64,000 nucleotides of DNA from Phycisphaerae bacterium (GCA_039794345.1 JBDIVQ010000002.1:6558-70557), one strand, 5' to 3'. Counted from the first letter of the stretch, positions 17,807 through 26,918 are shown. A program made the numbers and translations. Notes: generated by a model not told the origin, from the letters alone.

Positions 17807-19923
17807 GCGCGAAGCACACGACTCCGAACGGCGTTATCCACGCGGCAGCCTTGGCGGCAAGCGAGGCAGAATTGTGCGTGCTGCCGGCAGAGCGCGACGG
17901 CGATGAGAAGCGGGTTGCACTGCGAACATGGAAGGCATATCAGACGCAACGGCCTTCTGAGGACGACGTCGATCGCTGGTTCCGCAACCACGACGGGGCA
18001 ATGTGCATCGTCTGCGGTGGCATATCGGGCAACCTGGAGATCATTGACTTCGACGGCGGCGGCGAAGCGATGGCGCCGTGGAGTAGCGCTGTCGAAGCTA
18101 TCGCACCGGATCTTCTCAACCGTCTGGTGATCGAGTCCACGCCGTCAGGCGGTTGCCACATCGTCTACCGCTGTGCCGAACCGGTCGCCGGAAACACCAA
18201 ACTCGCGCAGCGGCGGATCGAAGTCGAATCAGGCGATCCCGTCGTCATCGGCGGCAAAGAGTTCGTTCCGCGTCAGGAGCCCTCAGGCGCGTGGGTCGTC
18301 ACGCCGGTCCTGATCGAAACCCGCGGCGAGGGCGGCCTGTTCCTGTGCGCACCCTCCGACGGCTACCGGCTCATCGTGGGTGACTTGTGCAACCCGCCGG
18401 TGATCACTGCTGAAGAGCGCGAGATTCTCCTCGACTGCGCCCGGGCGCTCGACGAGATGCCCAAGCCCATCGTCGGTGCGTCGCCCGTCAGACCGCGAGA
18501 CGCCGCCGGCCCACTGCGGCCTGGTGACGACTTCAATCAGCGCGGCGATCCGCGGCCCATTCTGATCAAACACGGCTGGACGCTCGTCGTACCCGGCGAG
18601 AACGAGCATTGGTGCCGGCCCGGCAAGTCCCGCGGCACGAGCGCGACACTCAAGAATGGGGTCTTCTACGTCTTCTCCACCAACGCCGCACCGTTTGAGG
18701 CCGAGAAGGGCTACTCCCCGTTCGCGGTCTACGCCATGCTCGAGCACAACGGAGATTTCACCCAGGCGGCAGCAGCCCTGCGCGCCGAGGGATACGGCAC
18801 TCCTCCATCAAGCGCGCCGCAGCAGAAGAGCCGCCCGCCCGGCGCTGAAACGCAGGGGCAAACAACGACGCTGGTCCACATCCCGCTCTCAGTTGGCGCC
18901 CTCGTCGATACGCACCCGCGCCTGCGTCTGCCCGTGGTCGAGAACCTGCTGCGTGAAGGCGAGACGCTGAACATCGTCGCCCCTTCGAAGACGGGCAAGT
19001 CCTGGCTCACGCTCGATTTCGCCATCGCGGTCGCCACCGGGAATCCGTGGCTGGACCGCTACGAGACCGTCGCCGGCGATGTCCTCATCATCGACAACGA
19101 GCTGCACCCGGAAACGAGCGCCAACCGCATCCCCAAGGTTGCGCAGGCACGCGGCATCGCGATGGAGCGGATCAGGAACCACATCTTCGTCGAAAACCTG
19201 CGCGGCCGGTTGCAGGACATCTTCGGGCTTGAACCGTACTTCGCGGTCATTCCGCCACGGCGGTACAAGATCATCATCCTCGATGCGTTCTACCGCTTCA
19301 TGCCCGTCGGCGGCGATGAGAACGACAACGGGACGATGGCCAACATCTACAACGTAATCGATCGCTATGCCGCCCTCCTTGGCTGCTGCTTCGTGATGAT
19401 CCACCACTCGACGAAGGGCAACCAGTCCGGCAAGTCGGTCACAGATGTGGGGGCCGGCGCCGGCGCGCAGAGCCGGGCGGCGGATGCCCACCTCGTGTTG
19501 CGACCGCATGAAGAGCCGGGAGTGGTCGTGCTCGATGCGGCCGTGCGATCCTGGGCGCCCATCGAGCCAGTCTGCCTTCGCTGGTCGTTCCCGGTCTGGA
19601 ACGTGGATGAGTCGCTCGACCCGGCGAACCTCCGTAAGGAACGACCCGCGAAGCGCAAAGAGGAGAAGCCGTCTGAACCAATGACGGAGCCGCAGTGGAC
19701 CGTGGAGATGTTTGCAGAGGAGTTCTTCGGGCGCGAGCCCCTGAGCAAGGCGGAGATTCGCGTTGCAACGCAGGGCAGACCTGGCCTGTCCTGGCGCAAG
19801 ACCAATGACCTGCTGGAGATCGCCGAGAAGCGCGGACTCGTGCATCGATGGACCGTTGGGAAGTCGCACAAGGTGGTGTATTCGACCCAGTCGCAGCCAC
19901 TCTACGGGGAGGATGGACCATGA
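17803..19923 (+). CDS. bifunctional primase-polymerase (Prim-Pol) fused to a RepA/AAA_25-like helicase ATPase
   Basis: Prim-Pol-like N-terminus (KRVALRTWKAYQTQRPSEDDVDRWF...MCIVCGGISGNLEIIDFD...ESTPSGGCHIVYRC). C-terminal Walker A (NIVAPSKTGKSWLTLD) and Walker B (GDVLIIDNE). The GTG start at 17803 is inferred. Confidence 0.8.
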   Translation: MSAKHTTPNGVIHAAALAASEAELCVLPAERDGDEKRVALRTWKAYQTQRPSEDDVDRWFRNHDGAMCIVCGGISGNLEIIDFDGGGEAMAPWSSAVEAIAPDLLNRLVIESTPSGGCHIVYRCAEPVAGNTKLAQRRIEVESGDPVVIGGKEFVPRQEPSGAWVVTPVLIETRGEGGLFLCAPSDGYRLIVGDLCNPPVITAEEREILLDCARALDEMPKPIVGASPVRPRDAAGPLRPGDDFNQRGDPRPILIKHGWTLVVPGENEHWCRPGKSRGTSATLKNGVFYVFSTNAAPFEAEKGYSPFAVYAMLEHNGDFTQAAAALRAEGYGTPPSSAPQQKSRPPGAETQGQTTTLVHIPLSVGALVDTHPRLRLPVVENLLREGETLNIVAPSKTGKSWLTLDFAIAVATGNPWLDRYETVAGDVLIIDNELHPETSANRIPKVAQARGIAMERIRNHIFVENLRGRLQDIFGLEPYFAVIPPRRYKIIILDAFYRFMPVGGDENDNGTMANIYNVIDRYAALLGCCFVMIHHSTKGNQSGKSVTDVGAGAGAQSRAADAHLVLRPHEEPGVVVLDAAVRSWAPIEPVCLRWSFPVWNVDESLDPANLRKERPAKRKEEKPSEPMTEPQWTVEMFAEEFFGREPLSKAEIRVATQGRPGLSWRKTNDLLEIAEKRGLVHRWTVGKSHKVVYSTQSQPLYGEDGP

Positions 19924-19947
19924 ATGTCTGGTCGCCAGTTCGTCGTT

Positions 19948-20139
19948 TTCGCTCGTGCGCGCGCTCGCTGAAGCGCTTCGGCGAAGCGCTCAAGCGAAGG
20001 AAGCGCTCAAGCGAAGACCGGTTCGAGGGCTTCGCTCGTGCGCGCGCGCACCCCCCCATACCCCCCCGGGGCGTGCGCTCGAGCGACGCCCCGGGGTTTC
20101 GCTCGTGCGCGCGCGCTCCAGCGAAGCGCTCAAGCGAAG
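19948..20139. repeat. GC-rich direct-repeat and palindrome block
   Basis: ttcgctcgtgcgcgcgc occurs 3 times (19948, 20031, 20098). gaagcgctcaagcgaag occurs 3 times (19983, 20000, 20123). A 33-bp inverted repeat, CCCCGGGGCGT...ACGCCCCGGGG, lies at 20064..20096. Confidence 0.85.
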
Positions 20140-20288
20140 AAAGCGATCCCACACACTTGGCCGCCCTCGCGGGTATCGCGACCACGAGTCCGCCGGCGGA
20201 AATGAGCACACAGCCCATGACAGAACTGACAATACCGACGACACCGATCGCAGCCTCTGTGGATCACCGTTGCCGCGCCCGCAGCGCG

Positions 20289-20475
20289 GTTCTGTCAGTT
20301 CTGTCGGAACGGCGGGTTTTGTCAGTTGTGTCAGGAGTCGCGAGCGTGGAGGATTTGTCGGTTCTGTCAGTTCTGTCATCGCGGCACATCGCGGCGGATC
20401 ATCGGTTTCGTCAGTTCTGTCAGTTTCGTCATCGATGTATGTTGGCGCGGAGCGTGGGTTTTGTCAGTTATGTCA
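20289..20475. repeat. iteron array (candidate replication origin)
   Basis: Twelve copies of the 9-mer GTTCTGTCA and variants, in five clusters of 2-3 tandem units (20289, 20316, 20353, 20405, 20458). They lie between the primase/helicase gene and a double winged-helix ORF. Confidence 0.7.
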
Positions 20476-20608
20476 AAGCGATCAATGGTTCCCCCCTGAA
20501 AAGTGCGGCAATTCAGCGACGCGGGAACAGCAGCGAAACCACACTGACACAAGATAACGCGCCCCTGTCCGACTTCTTGGATTGGCGCGCGGCGCGGAGG
20601 GTTGCGAC

Positions 20609-21979
20609 ATGAGCGCAAGTGTTGATGACACCTTGGTTTGCCGCCTGGCCGGCGAGTTGTGGGCGGTGTTCGCCCCATGGCGCGGGCCGTGGAGCGGCGG
20701 TGGCGCGACGATGGCGTATCTGGCTCGGCGGTCGTTTCGGTCCGGCGCGGGTCTGCGATGGCGGCATGCCGGGCGCGATCGGGATGAGCGGGATGAGAAT
20801 GTGGAAGCGCTGGGCCGGCTTGAGCGGCGTGGGCTGCTCACGCGCCGCGTCGAGAAGACGAAGGTGATCGCCACCAGACTGCTCGACGCCGGGATCGAGC
20901 GGGCGTGCTCATTGGCCGGCGCGCCGTGCTGGTCCGAGGGCCGGGCCGTCTGCGAGCGCCTTGCCGCCATCGATGATGACGCGGCCACGATGACGCACCT
21001 TGGCACCCGGTGGACCGCGGAGTGGGCGTTGGCGGGCACGCCGCCGCATTGGGGCCAGTGCGGCAACGACGAGACCGGGCGCGCCAATCGCTCGCTTCTG
21101 TCTGTTCTTGAAGGGCGGGCGGTTCCTGCGCTGGTGCGCGGGTGGCTCATCAGCGGGGCCGATCTGCATGGGCGGGTGTGGTACGCACTCACCGCCGCCG
21201 GTCGCGCGGCGCTGACGGAAGCGCCGGCCGAAGCGCCATCGGAGATCGAAGGCGACAAGGACTGCGCGCTGGCTTGGCGCGAGGGGGCCCACGCCATGCA
21301 AGTCCGCCTCGCCGCGGCGCCACGCTCGGAGCGCGAGATCGGCCTGCTGCCATTGCCGGTCCACGGCGGGCCGAACGTGGGCGGCGACGTTGGCGCACGT
21401 GGCGATGTGCCCACGGTGGGCGGCCGAGGAGGCAACCTCGCCGCACATCTCGCAACAGGGGGCAACGTCGGCGGCGATGAAACCGCGAGTGGCCGCCCGT
21501 CGGCGGAACTAGGTCGCGATGGCCTACGCGCGCTTAGTCGCGGCAATGACCTCGCCCAGGTTCGCGATCTCCGCGCGGAGGTTGGCGACCTCCTCGTGAA
21601 GCGCGGCGAGTTCCGGGAGGACGAGATCGCGGATGGCCCGGCGGGTGTTCAGGCTGGTCGCGACGATGTTTTGGAAGCGGCACCGGGTCTCGTTCCTGCA
21701 GTCGGACAACTCTCGTCCATTGCGAGTGAACTCCGTCGCGACACCGTCCGCGTCGATTCGGAACCCGTCCCGCTTCAGTATCCTCGCGGCTGGCTTGCGG
21801 ATGGGAAAGGCAGCGATCACTGTCCCGTCGTGCAGCGAAGCGGCGTGGTAGTGCATCTTCCGTCGCCGTGGTCGCCTCATCAATCACCTCCATCTGCTTT
21901 CCGGCCGCCGCCTGCGGCCGCGACCGAGGACAGCATGTCCGCTCACCCGGTCTGTCAACATTTGAGGAGTCCACAATGA
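20609..21979 (+). CDS. hypothetical protein with two winged-helix-like segments (candidate iteron-binding initiator); 3' end uncertain
   Basis: ATG 20609 has GGAGGG upstream. ALGRLERRGLLTRRVEKTKVIATRLLDAG and LSVLEGRAVPALVRGWLISGADLHGRVWYALTAAGRAAL look like winged-helix units. The frame stays open to 21979 and ends in an ATGA overlap with the methylase. Third-position GC drops after about 21520, where a convergent ORF is also open. Confidence 0.5.
   Translation: MSASVDDTLVCRLAGELWAVFAPWRGPWSGGGATMAYLARRSFRSGAGLRWRHAGRDRDERDENVEALGRLERRGLLTRRVEKTKVIATRLLDAGIERACSLAGAPCWSEGRAVCERLAAIDDDAATMTHLGTRWTAEWALAGTPPHWGQCGNDETGRANRSLLSVLEGRAVPALVRGWLISGADLHGRVWYALTAAGRAALTEAPAEAPSEIEGDKDCALAWREGAHAMQVRLAAAPRSEREIGLLPLPVHGGPNVGGDVGARGDVPTVGGRGGNLAAHLATGGNVGGDETASGRPSAELGRDGLRALSRGNDLAQVRDLRAEVGDLLVKRGEFREDEIADGPAGVQAGRDDVLEAAPGLVPAVGQLSSIASELRRDTVRVDSEPVPLQYPRGWLADGKGSDHCPVVQRSGVVVHLPSPWSPHQSPPSAFRPPPAAATEDSMSAHPVCQHLRSPQ
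21524..21856 (-). CDS. hypothetical protein with a C-terminal coiled coil (alternative to the 3' end of ORF 20609..21979)
   Basis: MHYHAASLHDGTVIAAFPIRKPAARILKRDGFRIDADGV...LVLPELAALHEEVANLRAEIANLGEVIAATKRA is protein-like. By eye, its third codon positions are more GC-rich than those of the overlapping + frame. Confidence 0.35.
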   Translation of the reverse strand: MHYHAASLHDGTVIAAFPIRKPAARILKRDGFRIDADGVATEFTRNGRELSDCRNETRCRFQNIVATSLNTRRAIRDLVLPELAALHEEVANLRAEIANLGEVIAATKRA

Positions 21980-23385
21980 AAGTCGAACTGCGGCCGGTGG
22001 CTGAGATCAGACCCTACGAGAAGAACCCTCGCCTCAACGACAATGCCGTTGCGGCGGTGGCCAACAGCATCCAGGCGTTCGGCTGGCGGCAGCCGATCGT
22101 GGTCGATGGCGAGGGCGTGATCATCTGCGGGCACACAAGATGGAAAGCGGCGCAGCGCCTCGGGCTGGAGAAGGTGCCGGTCCATGTCGCGACCGATCTC
22201 ACGCCCGAGCAGGTGCGGGCGTATCGCATCGCCGACAACAAGAGCGGCGAACTGGCGGAGTGGAACATGGAACTGCTGCCGCTGGAGATGGCCGAACTCC
22301 AGGGCGCCGGCATCGACTGGTCGAGCCTTGGCTTCAGCGCCGACGATCTGGCGAAGATCTTCGATCCCGGCGTGCAGGATGGTCTGACCGATCCGGATGC
22401 GATTCCCGAACCGCCCGATGAGCCGATCACGAAACGCGGCGACCTGTGGATTCTCGGCGAGCACCGTCTGCTCTGCGGCGACAGCGCGAGCGCGCAGGAT
22501 GTCGATCGATTGCTTGACGGCCAGCCGATCCATCTGGTCAACACGGATCCGCCATACAACGTGAAGGTCGAGCCGCGCAGCAACAACGCGATCGCGGCGG
22601 GTGTGACTTCGTTCGCGCGGCGGGCCGATCTCCAGTGCGAGCGCTCGACCACAGAGCGCGGCAAGAAGGACCGTGAACGCAAGGCCAAGCGCACGCATCA
22701 CCAGAGTTTCGACGTCGCCCGCCAGGGGGAGAAGAAGCGCACGACGAAGAAGATGCGCGCCAAGGACCGGCCGCTGGAGAATGACTTCGTCAGCGAGGAG
22801 GCGTTCGAGGAGATGCTCGATGCGTGGTTCGGCAACATGGCGCGCGTCCTCATCCCCGGCGGCGGCTTCTACATCTGGGGCGGCTACGCGAACCTCGGCA
22901 ACTACCCGGGTCCGTTGAAGCGTGCTGGTCTGTACTTCAGCCAGGGGATCATCTGGGACAAACAGCATCCGGTGCTCACCCGCAAGGACTACATGGGCGC
23001 GTTCGAGATCGCGTACTACGGCTGGAAGTTGGGCGCAGCGCACCGGTTCTTCGGACCCAACAACGTGTCCGACCTCTGGCATGTGAAGAAGGTGAACCCG
23101 GCGTCAATGTGTCATTTGACTGAGAAGCCGGTCGAGTTGGCCGTGCGGGCCATGCAGTACTCATCGCGCGTCGGCGAGAATGTGCTTGATCTCTTTGGGG
23201 GATCGGGTTCGACTCTGATCGCCGCCGAGCAGACCGGGCGCCGTGCGTACCTGATGGAGATCGATCCGGCCTACTGCGATGTCATCGTCGATCGATACCA
23301 GCGATTCTCAGGCAAGCCCGCCGTGCTTGAAGGCACGGGCGAGTCGCCGATCCCGATGAAGCCGCGCGAGGAGAAGATGCGGTGA
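21976..23385 (+). CDS. ParB-like nuclease domain fused to a DNA methyltransferase (N6-A/N4-C type)
   Basis: N-terminal ParB-N (IRPYEKNPRLNDNAVAAVANSIQAFGWRQPIVVDGEGVIICGHTRWKAA). Catalytic DPPY (LVNTDPPYNVKV). AdoMet site (VLDLFGGSGSTLIAAEQTGRRAYLMEID). Confidence 0.88.
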   Translation: MKVELRPVAEIRPYEKNPRLNDNAVAAVANSIQAFGWRQPIVVDGEGVIICGHTRWKAAQRLGLEKVPVHVATDLTPEQVRAYRIADNKSGELAEWNMELLPLEMAELQGAGIDWSSLGFSADDLAKIFDPGVQDGLTDPDAIPEPPDEPITKRGDLWILGEHRLLCGDSASAQDVDRLLDGQPIHLVNTDPPYNVKVEPRSNNAIAAGVTSFARRADLQCERSTTERGKKDRERKAKRTHHQSFDVARQGEKKRTTKKMRAKDRPLENDFVSEEAFEEMLDAWFGNMARVLIPGGGFYIWGGYANLGNYPGPLKRAGLYFSQGIIWDKQHPVLTRKDYMGAFEIAYYGWKLGAAHRFFGPNNVSDLWHVKKVNPASMCHLTEKPVELAVRAMQYSSRVGENVLDLFGGSGSTLIAAEQTGRRAYLMEIDPAYCDVIVDRYQRFSGKPAVLEGTGESPIPMKPREEKMR

Positions 23386-23447
23386 TCGGTTGTGACGTGA
23401 ACTATGTGTCTGGTGGCGGGCCGGGGCGTGCAATGAACCCACCCGGT

Positions 23448-23870
23448 TCACACGAGTTCGCCGAGCGCCAGCACTCGATCGGCGTACGGCCCGCTGCGCA
23501 GCGCGTTGACCAGCCGCTGATCAGCGGTGACCGCCCGGACCTTCTCCCGCGCGGCCAGGCAGATGTAGAGACTGTCGTAGACGGTGCGGTCTGTCTCGAC
23601 GGCGAATCGAACCGCGTCCGGAAGCAGTGGAAGGGACTCGACGATCTCCACCGGATAGGCGGACAAGTCGCTCGCCATCTGCTCAGCTTCCTCGGCGGAA
23701 AGGTCGCCGCGCCGAACGGCCTTCCACGTCACGGCTGCGACCTCGATCCACAGCAGGTCTGGAGCGATGAGCCGGTACGATTCGCTCAGCAGTTCGCGGG
23801 CCTGCGGCGAGCCGGTCTCGGGAATGAGCCACTTCAGCGCCACGCTGGCATCCACGACGAGCGTCTTCAC
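23448..23870 (-). CDS. vapC: PIN-domain toxin VapC
   Basis: VKTLVVDASVALKWLIPE...YRLIAPDLLWIEVAAV...TVYDSLYICLAAR carries the PIN acidic residues. The GTG start has a GTGA overlap with the upstream antitoxin. Confidence 0.8.
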   Translation of the reverse strand: MKTLVVDASVALKWLIPETGSPQARELLSESYRLIAPDLLWIEVAAVTWKAVRRGDLSAEEAEQMASDLSAYPVEIVESLPLLPDAVRFAVETDRTVYDSLYICLAAREKVRAVTADQRLVNALRSGPYADRVLALGELV

Positions 23871-24247
23871 CGCTGTCGTTCCTCGCGGAGCAGTTCGGTC
23901 GAGTCGGGCAGGCGGCGTCCCTTGAGCCGCTCGTGCCACGCGTCGGTGATGGCGCGGGCCTCGTCGAAGTTGCGATGGGCATCGCGCCGCAGCGCCATGT
24001 GCAGTTCCTGCTGGAGCGAACGGCCGGAGCGCCGGGCCCGATCCTTGAGCACCTCCAGAACATCGGGCGCGACGTCGCGGAGCAGGAGGTTGGCGGACTC
24101 AGCCTGCTTTCTCGAAGCAGCCCCGTTGCCTGACATGGCTTTGGGTGCGCCGCCGCTCTTGACCTTCCGGCTGGGAGAACCGGCGGACGTGCGCTTGGTG
24201 GAACGGCCGCTGCGGCCGGTCTTGGCTCGGGTTCGACGGGTGGTCAT
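23867..24247 (-). CDS. vapB: RHH antitoxin (VapB/FitA-like) with a basic N-terminal extension
   Basis: ANLLLRDVAPDVLEVLKDRARRSGRSLQQELHMALRRD is a ribbon-helix-helix motif. An alternative start at ATG 24136 would remove the K/R/S-rich extension. Confidence 0.7.
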   Translation of the reverse strand: MTTRRTRAKTGRSGRSTKRTSAGSPSRKVKSGGAPKAMSGNGAASRKQAESANLLLRDVAPDVLEVLKDRARRSGRSLQQELHMALRRDAHRNFDEARAITDAWHERLKGRRLPDSTELLREERQR

Positions 24248-24386
24248 GCCCGATGATATCGGTCTGATACCGGCTCGGCAATGCCGCCGGCTCTCGTGCT
24301 GCCCGGCGGCGCCTTGGATCGACTGCCGCAGACACAGCCGCGGCGGCTGGCGCTGCGGCCGTGAATGGTGGAGGCGAGTTGGCGGG

Positions 24387-24809
24387 CTACTCGGCGGTTG
24401 GTGGCGCTCCGGGCGCGCTCGGGTCGCCCGCCTCTTCCGGCCCCTTCTCGCGCAGGGCGTGGTACTCGATCATGGCGTCCTCGTAGACGAAGTCGCTCGC
24501 GGCGATGTGCTTGCGGTTGCGCGCGGGCACGATGCACGACCGCTCCTTGAGGAACGCGATGGCCACCGCCACCTGCGACCACGGCGGCATGTTCGCTTCG
24601 TCGCCGTCGCCCACCTTCGCCCGCACGTCCTCCATCGTGAACGACGCGTTGCCGAGTTGTTCGATGGCGTAGGCGACGTCGTCGTAGACCTGCTTGGTGC
24701 AGGCGTGCTCGTAGGGCGTGCCGCGCCTGGGCACGACGCGGCGCAGCAGCGCGCCGCTCGGGCCATCGACGATGAAAGTCTCATCGAGTTGCTGCGGCAT
24801 TGGCATCAC
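24387..24809 (-). CDS. hypothetical protein
   Basis: Protein-like composition (FIVDGPSGALLRRVVPRRGTPYEHACTKQVYDDVAYAIEQLG...). Belongs to a co-directional minus-strand block. Confidence 0.5.
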   Translation of the reverse strand: MMPMPQQLDETFIVDGPSGALLRRVVPRRGTPYEHACTKQVYDDVAYAIEQLGNASFTMEDVRAKVGDGDEANMPPWSQVAVAIAFLKERSCIVPARNRKHIAASDFVYEDAMIEYHALREKGPEEAGDPSAPGAPPTAE

Positions 24810-24975
24810 CTCCTTCCCGCTTCGTGCGCGGCGGCGAGTAGACGTTCAGGCAGGTGGCGCAGCGGACGCGCTGGCCGTCCTCGATCCAGACGAGGCGGTC
24901 AATGCATCGCTCCGCACAGCGCGGGCATGCGTCCTCGATGGCGACGTGGTAGTCGCTGTTGGCGGCGGCCGTCAT
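24781..24975 (-). CDS. small zinc-ribbon protein
   Basis: MTAAANSDYHVAIEDACPRCAERCIDRLVWIEDGQRVRCATCLNVY has two CxxC pairs. Start is the internal ATG at 24975 of track ORF 24781..25203. Confidence 0.5.
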   Translation of the reverse strand: MTAAANSDYHVAIEDACPRCAERCIDRLVWIEDGQRVRCATCLNVYSPPRTKREGGDANAAATR

Positions 24976-25196
24976 GGTTCCATCTCCTCGCGCGGCTCGA
25001 TGAGATCGAAGATCGCCACCACCGCGAGCATGCCCACCAGCAGCGCGGCGCGTTCGTCGAGGCCGGCGAGATCGCCCCGGGCGCAGGTGCGGATGAGCGC
25101 GGCCTTGTCGCTTGCGGGGATGGCGGCCAGCGTGTCGCGCATCGTGGCGCGAGTCTGGTCGGCATGGGCGAGGAGTCGTTGAACTTCCCGGTCCAT
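24972..25196 (-). CDS. small hypothetical protein
   Basis: 74 aa, overlaps the next gene by 4 nt. MDREVQRLLAHADQTRATMRDTLAAIPASDKAALIR... Confidence 0.4.
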   Translation of the reverse strand: MDREVQRLLAHADQTRATMRDTLAAIPASDKAALIRTCARGDLAGLDERAALLVGMLAVVAIFDLIEPREEMEP

Positions 25197-25199
25197 CGA

Positions 25200-26285
25200 T
25201 CACGCTCCTTTCCCGGCCGCCGTGAAGCGGCCCTTGTCGACCTTGGCGAAGCGCGCTTCCTTGCCCTTGGCGGCGATCTCGCGGATCATCGCCGCGTACA
25301 AGGTCGCGTGCGGCGTGGCGCCGTTGGTCTTCCAGCCCGCGGCGATGGCGCGCTCGGCGATCGTCTTGGCGTCGAGGGGTTCCTTGGCTCGGCCCAGCAC
25401 CTGCGCGGCGGCGTCGAGGCCGCTCAAGCCCTCGCGCTTCTTGCGCGGCTTGGCCTCGGCCTTGCCGTCGGTGGTCTTGCTCGTCGCGCCACCGGCGCGA
25501 GCCTTAGGTGCGCCGCGATCGGGCGGCATGGTGATGCCCAGTTGCGCCGGCGTCTTGCCGGTGAGCTGCTTGATCGACTGCTTGATGTGGAAGACGCCGG
25601 TGACATTTCCCGAGGCGTTCACCTCGCGGCAGCCGGTCTTCTCATCGATAGGCGAGTCGGCGGGCACCCGGTAGAGCAGCGGCGTGCGGCCGTCGATGCG
25701 GAAGAAGAGCTCGTAGAGTTTGCCGTTGCGCTTCCAGCACACATGGTTGCGGCTGGTCGGCAGGTTCTCGACCTGCTTGGCGATCTCGGCGTGGTCGCCC
25801 TTGTTGACCAGCGCGATGCGTGGCGGCGTGCGCCGGCCCTTGCGCTTTGGCGTGGTCGAGGTCGCTGGTGCCGGCGTCGTGCCTTGCTGGGCTGCCGCCT
25901 GCTCGGCCTTCTTCACCCAGCGCGAGCGTTCCTTGCCGTTGATGATCTCGGTGTGCATGACCAGACCCTTGGCGGCGGCCTTCGCGTCGCGCTCGGCGAT
26001 GCGCTCAGCATCCCTGTCAACAACGCGGCCCCCGGGTTTCACGCCGGAGGCCGGTCTGGCATCCTTGTTGTCGCTGCCCTTGGGAGGCGGCGGCGTCGCG
26101 GGCTTGGGCGGCCCGACTTCACTGCGGAGGCGTTGAGCGCTCTTGATCCGCACCTTCTTCTTCGTGCCCAGGTTCGTCGCGTCCCAGCCGCCGTGGCGGC
26201 TCTCGGCGTCGATGCGCACCTTGGCGATCTTGCCGCTCACCTTCGCGGTGTAGGTGCTTCCGATCTTGACCTCGTTCTTCTTCAT
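25200..26285 (-). CDS. DNA-binding protein with a C-terminal HARE-HTH-like domain
   Basis: C-terminal [68 protein letters not shown] resembles HARE-HTH. Basic, low-complexity linkers. Confidence 0.6.
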   Translation of the reverse strand: MKKNEVKIGSTYTAKVSGKIAKVRIDAESRHGGWDATNLGTKKKVRIKSAQRLRSEVGPPKPATPPPPKGSDNKDARPASGVKPGGRVVDRDAERIAERDAKAAAKGLVMHTEIINGKERSRWVKKAEQAAAQQGTTPAPATSTTPKRKGRRTPPRIALVNKGDHAEIAKQVENLPTSRNHVCWKRNGKLYELFFRIDGRTPLLYRVPADSPIDEKTGCREVNASGNVTGVFHIKQSIKQLTGKTPAQLGITMPPDRGAPKARAGGATSKTTDGKAEAKPRKKREGLSGLDAAAQVLGRAKEPLDAKTIAERAIAAGWKTNGATPHATLYAAMIREIAAKGKEARFAKVDKGRFTAAGKGA

Positions 26286-26357
26286 CGTGCTGCTCCTTTC
26301 GTGGTTGCAGCGGTTGGTGAATGTGCGACGGTGACCTTCACCGCCGCGCGTCGTTCA

Positions 26358-26594
26358 TCAGTTCGTTCTCGCCACCGGCGTGATCTCGACCGTGCGCCCG
26401 CACGCGGGGCACACCGCCTTGGTCGGCCGCGCTGCCTGCCGCCCGGCCTCGTAGGCCCGCTCCAGCGCGTCTTTGATGCACCAGACGGCGGTGTCGTGGA
26501 AGTCGAGGCTGTCGCGCTTGCGGGTTTCCAAGGTCTCAAGGCCGAGGGCCTCGCGGGCGATCGTGCTCAGTGTGTTGTCTCGCGTCGTGCTCAT
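26358..26594 (-). CDS. hypothetical protein
   Basis: 78 aa. LGLETLETRKRDSLDFHDTAVWCIKDALERAYEAGRQAA...CPACGRTVEI. Confidence 0.45.
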   Translation of the reverse strand: MSTTRDNTLSTIAREALGLETLETRKRDSLDFHDTAVWCIKDALERAYEAGRQAARPTKAVCPACGRTVEITPVARTN

Positions 26595-26621
26595 GGCGTC
26601 TCCGTTTCGCGTGGTGGTCGT

Positions 26622-26876
26622 TCAGCAGCCCGCGATGCGTTCGATCTCGGTTTGCACGGCGTGGATCATCGAGTTGGTGGCGGCCGCGCGGCCCTTACGG
26701 TCGACGCCGTAGATCGCCATCGCCGCCGCCCGCGCTGCGGCCCAGCGCTCCTCGTCGCTGCTATGGCGCGGCAGTTCGATGCACGTCTGCCCGAAGAGAA
26801 TCTGCGCTCCGTAGTCGGCGTCTCGAATCTCGACGTCGCCCTCGACGCCCTTGATGGTCATTCGTGTGATGGTCAT
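26622..26876 (-). CDS. hypothetical protein
   Basis: 84 aa with protein-like composition (MTITRMTIKGVEGDVEIRDADYGAQILFGQTCIELPRHSSDEERW...). Confidence 0.45.
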   Translation of the reverse strand: MTITRMTIKGVEGDVEIRDADYGAQILFGQTCIELPRHSSDEERWAAARAAAMAIYGVDRKGRAAATNSMIHAVQTEIERIAGC

Positions 26877-26918
26877 GGTGGTGGTCCCTTCCCGCGTGGT
26901 CGCGGTTGGTGGTGCGTT

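Noticed and set aside
20289-20475. Possible CRISPR array
   Set aside because: The repeat unit is only 9 bp. Units are tandem or separated by irregular short gaps, not by unique 30-40 bp spacers, and there are no cas genes.
19763-20612. 264-aa and 254-aa + ORFs spanning the repeat and iteron region
   Set aside because: Their peptides only mirror the DNA repeats (SCARS..., LSVLSV...). Two overlapping frames are equally open. The region is better explained as a non-coding origin or regulatory region.
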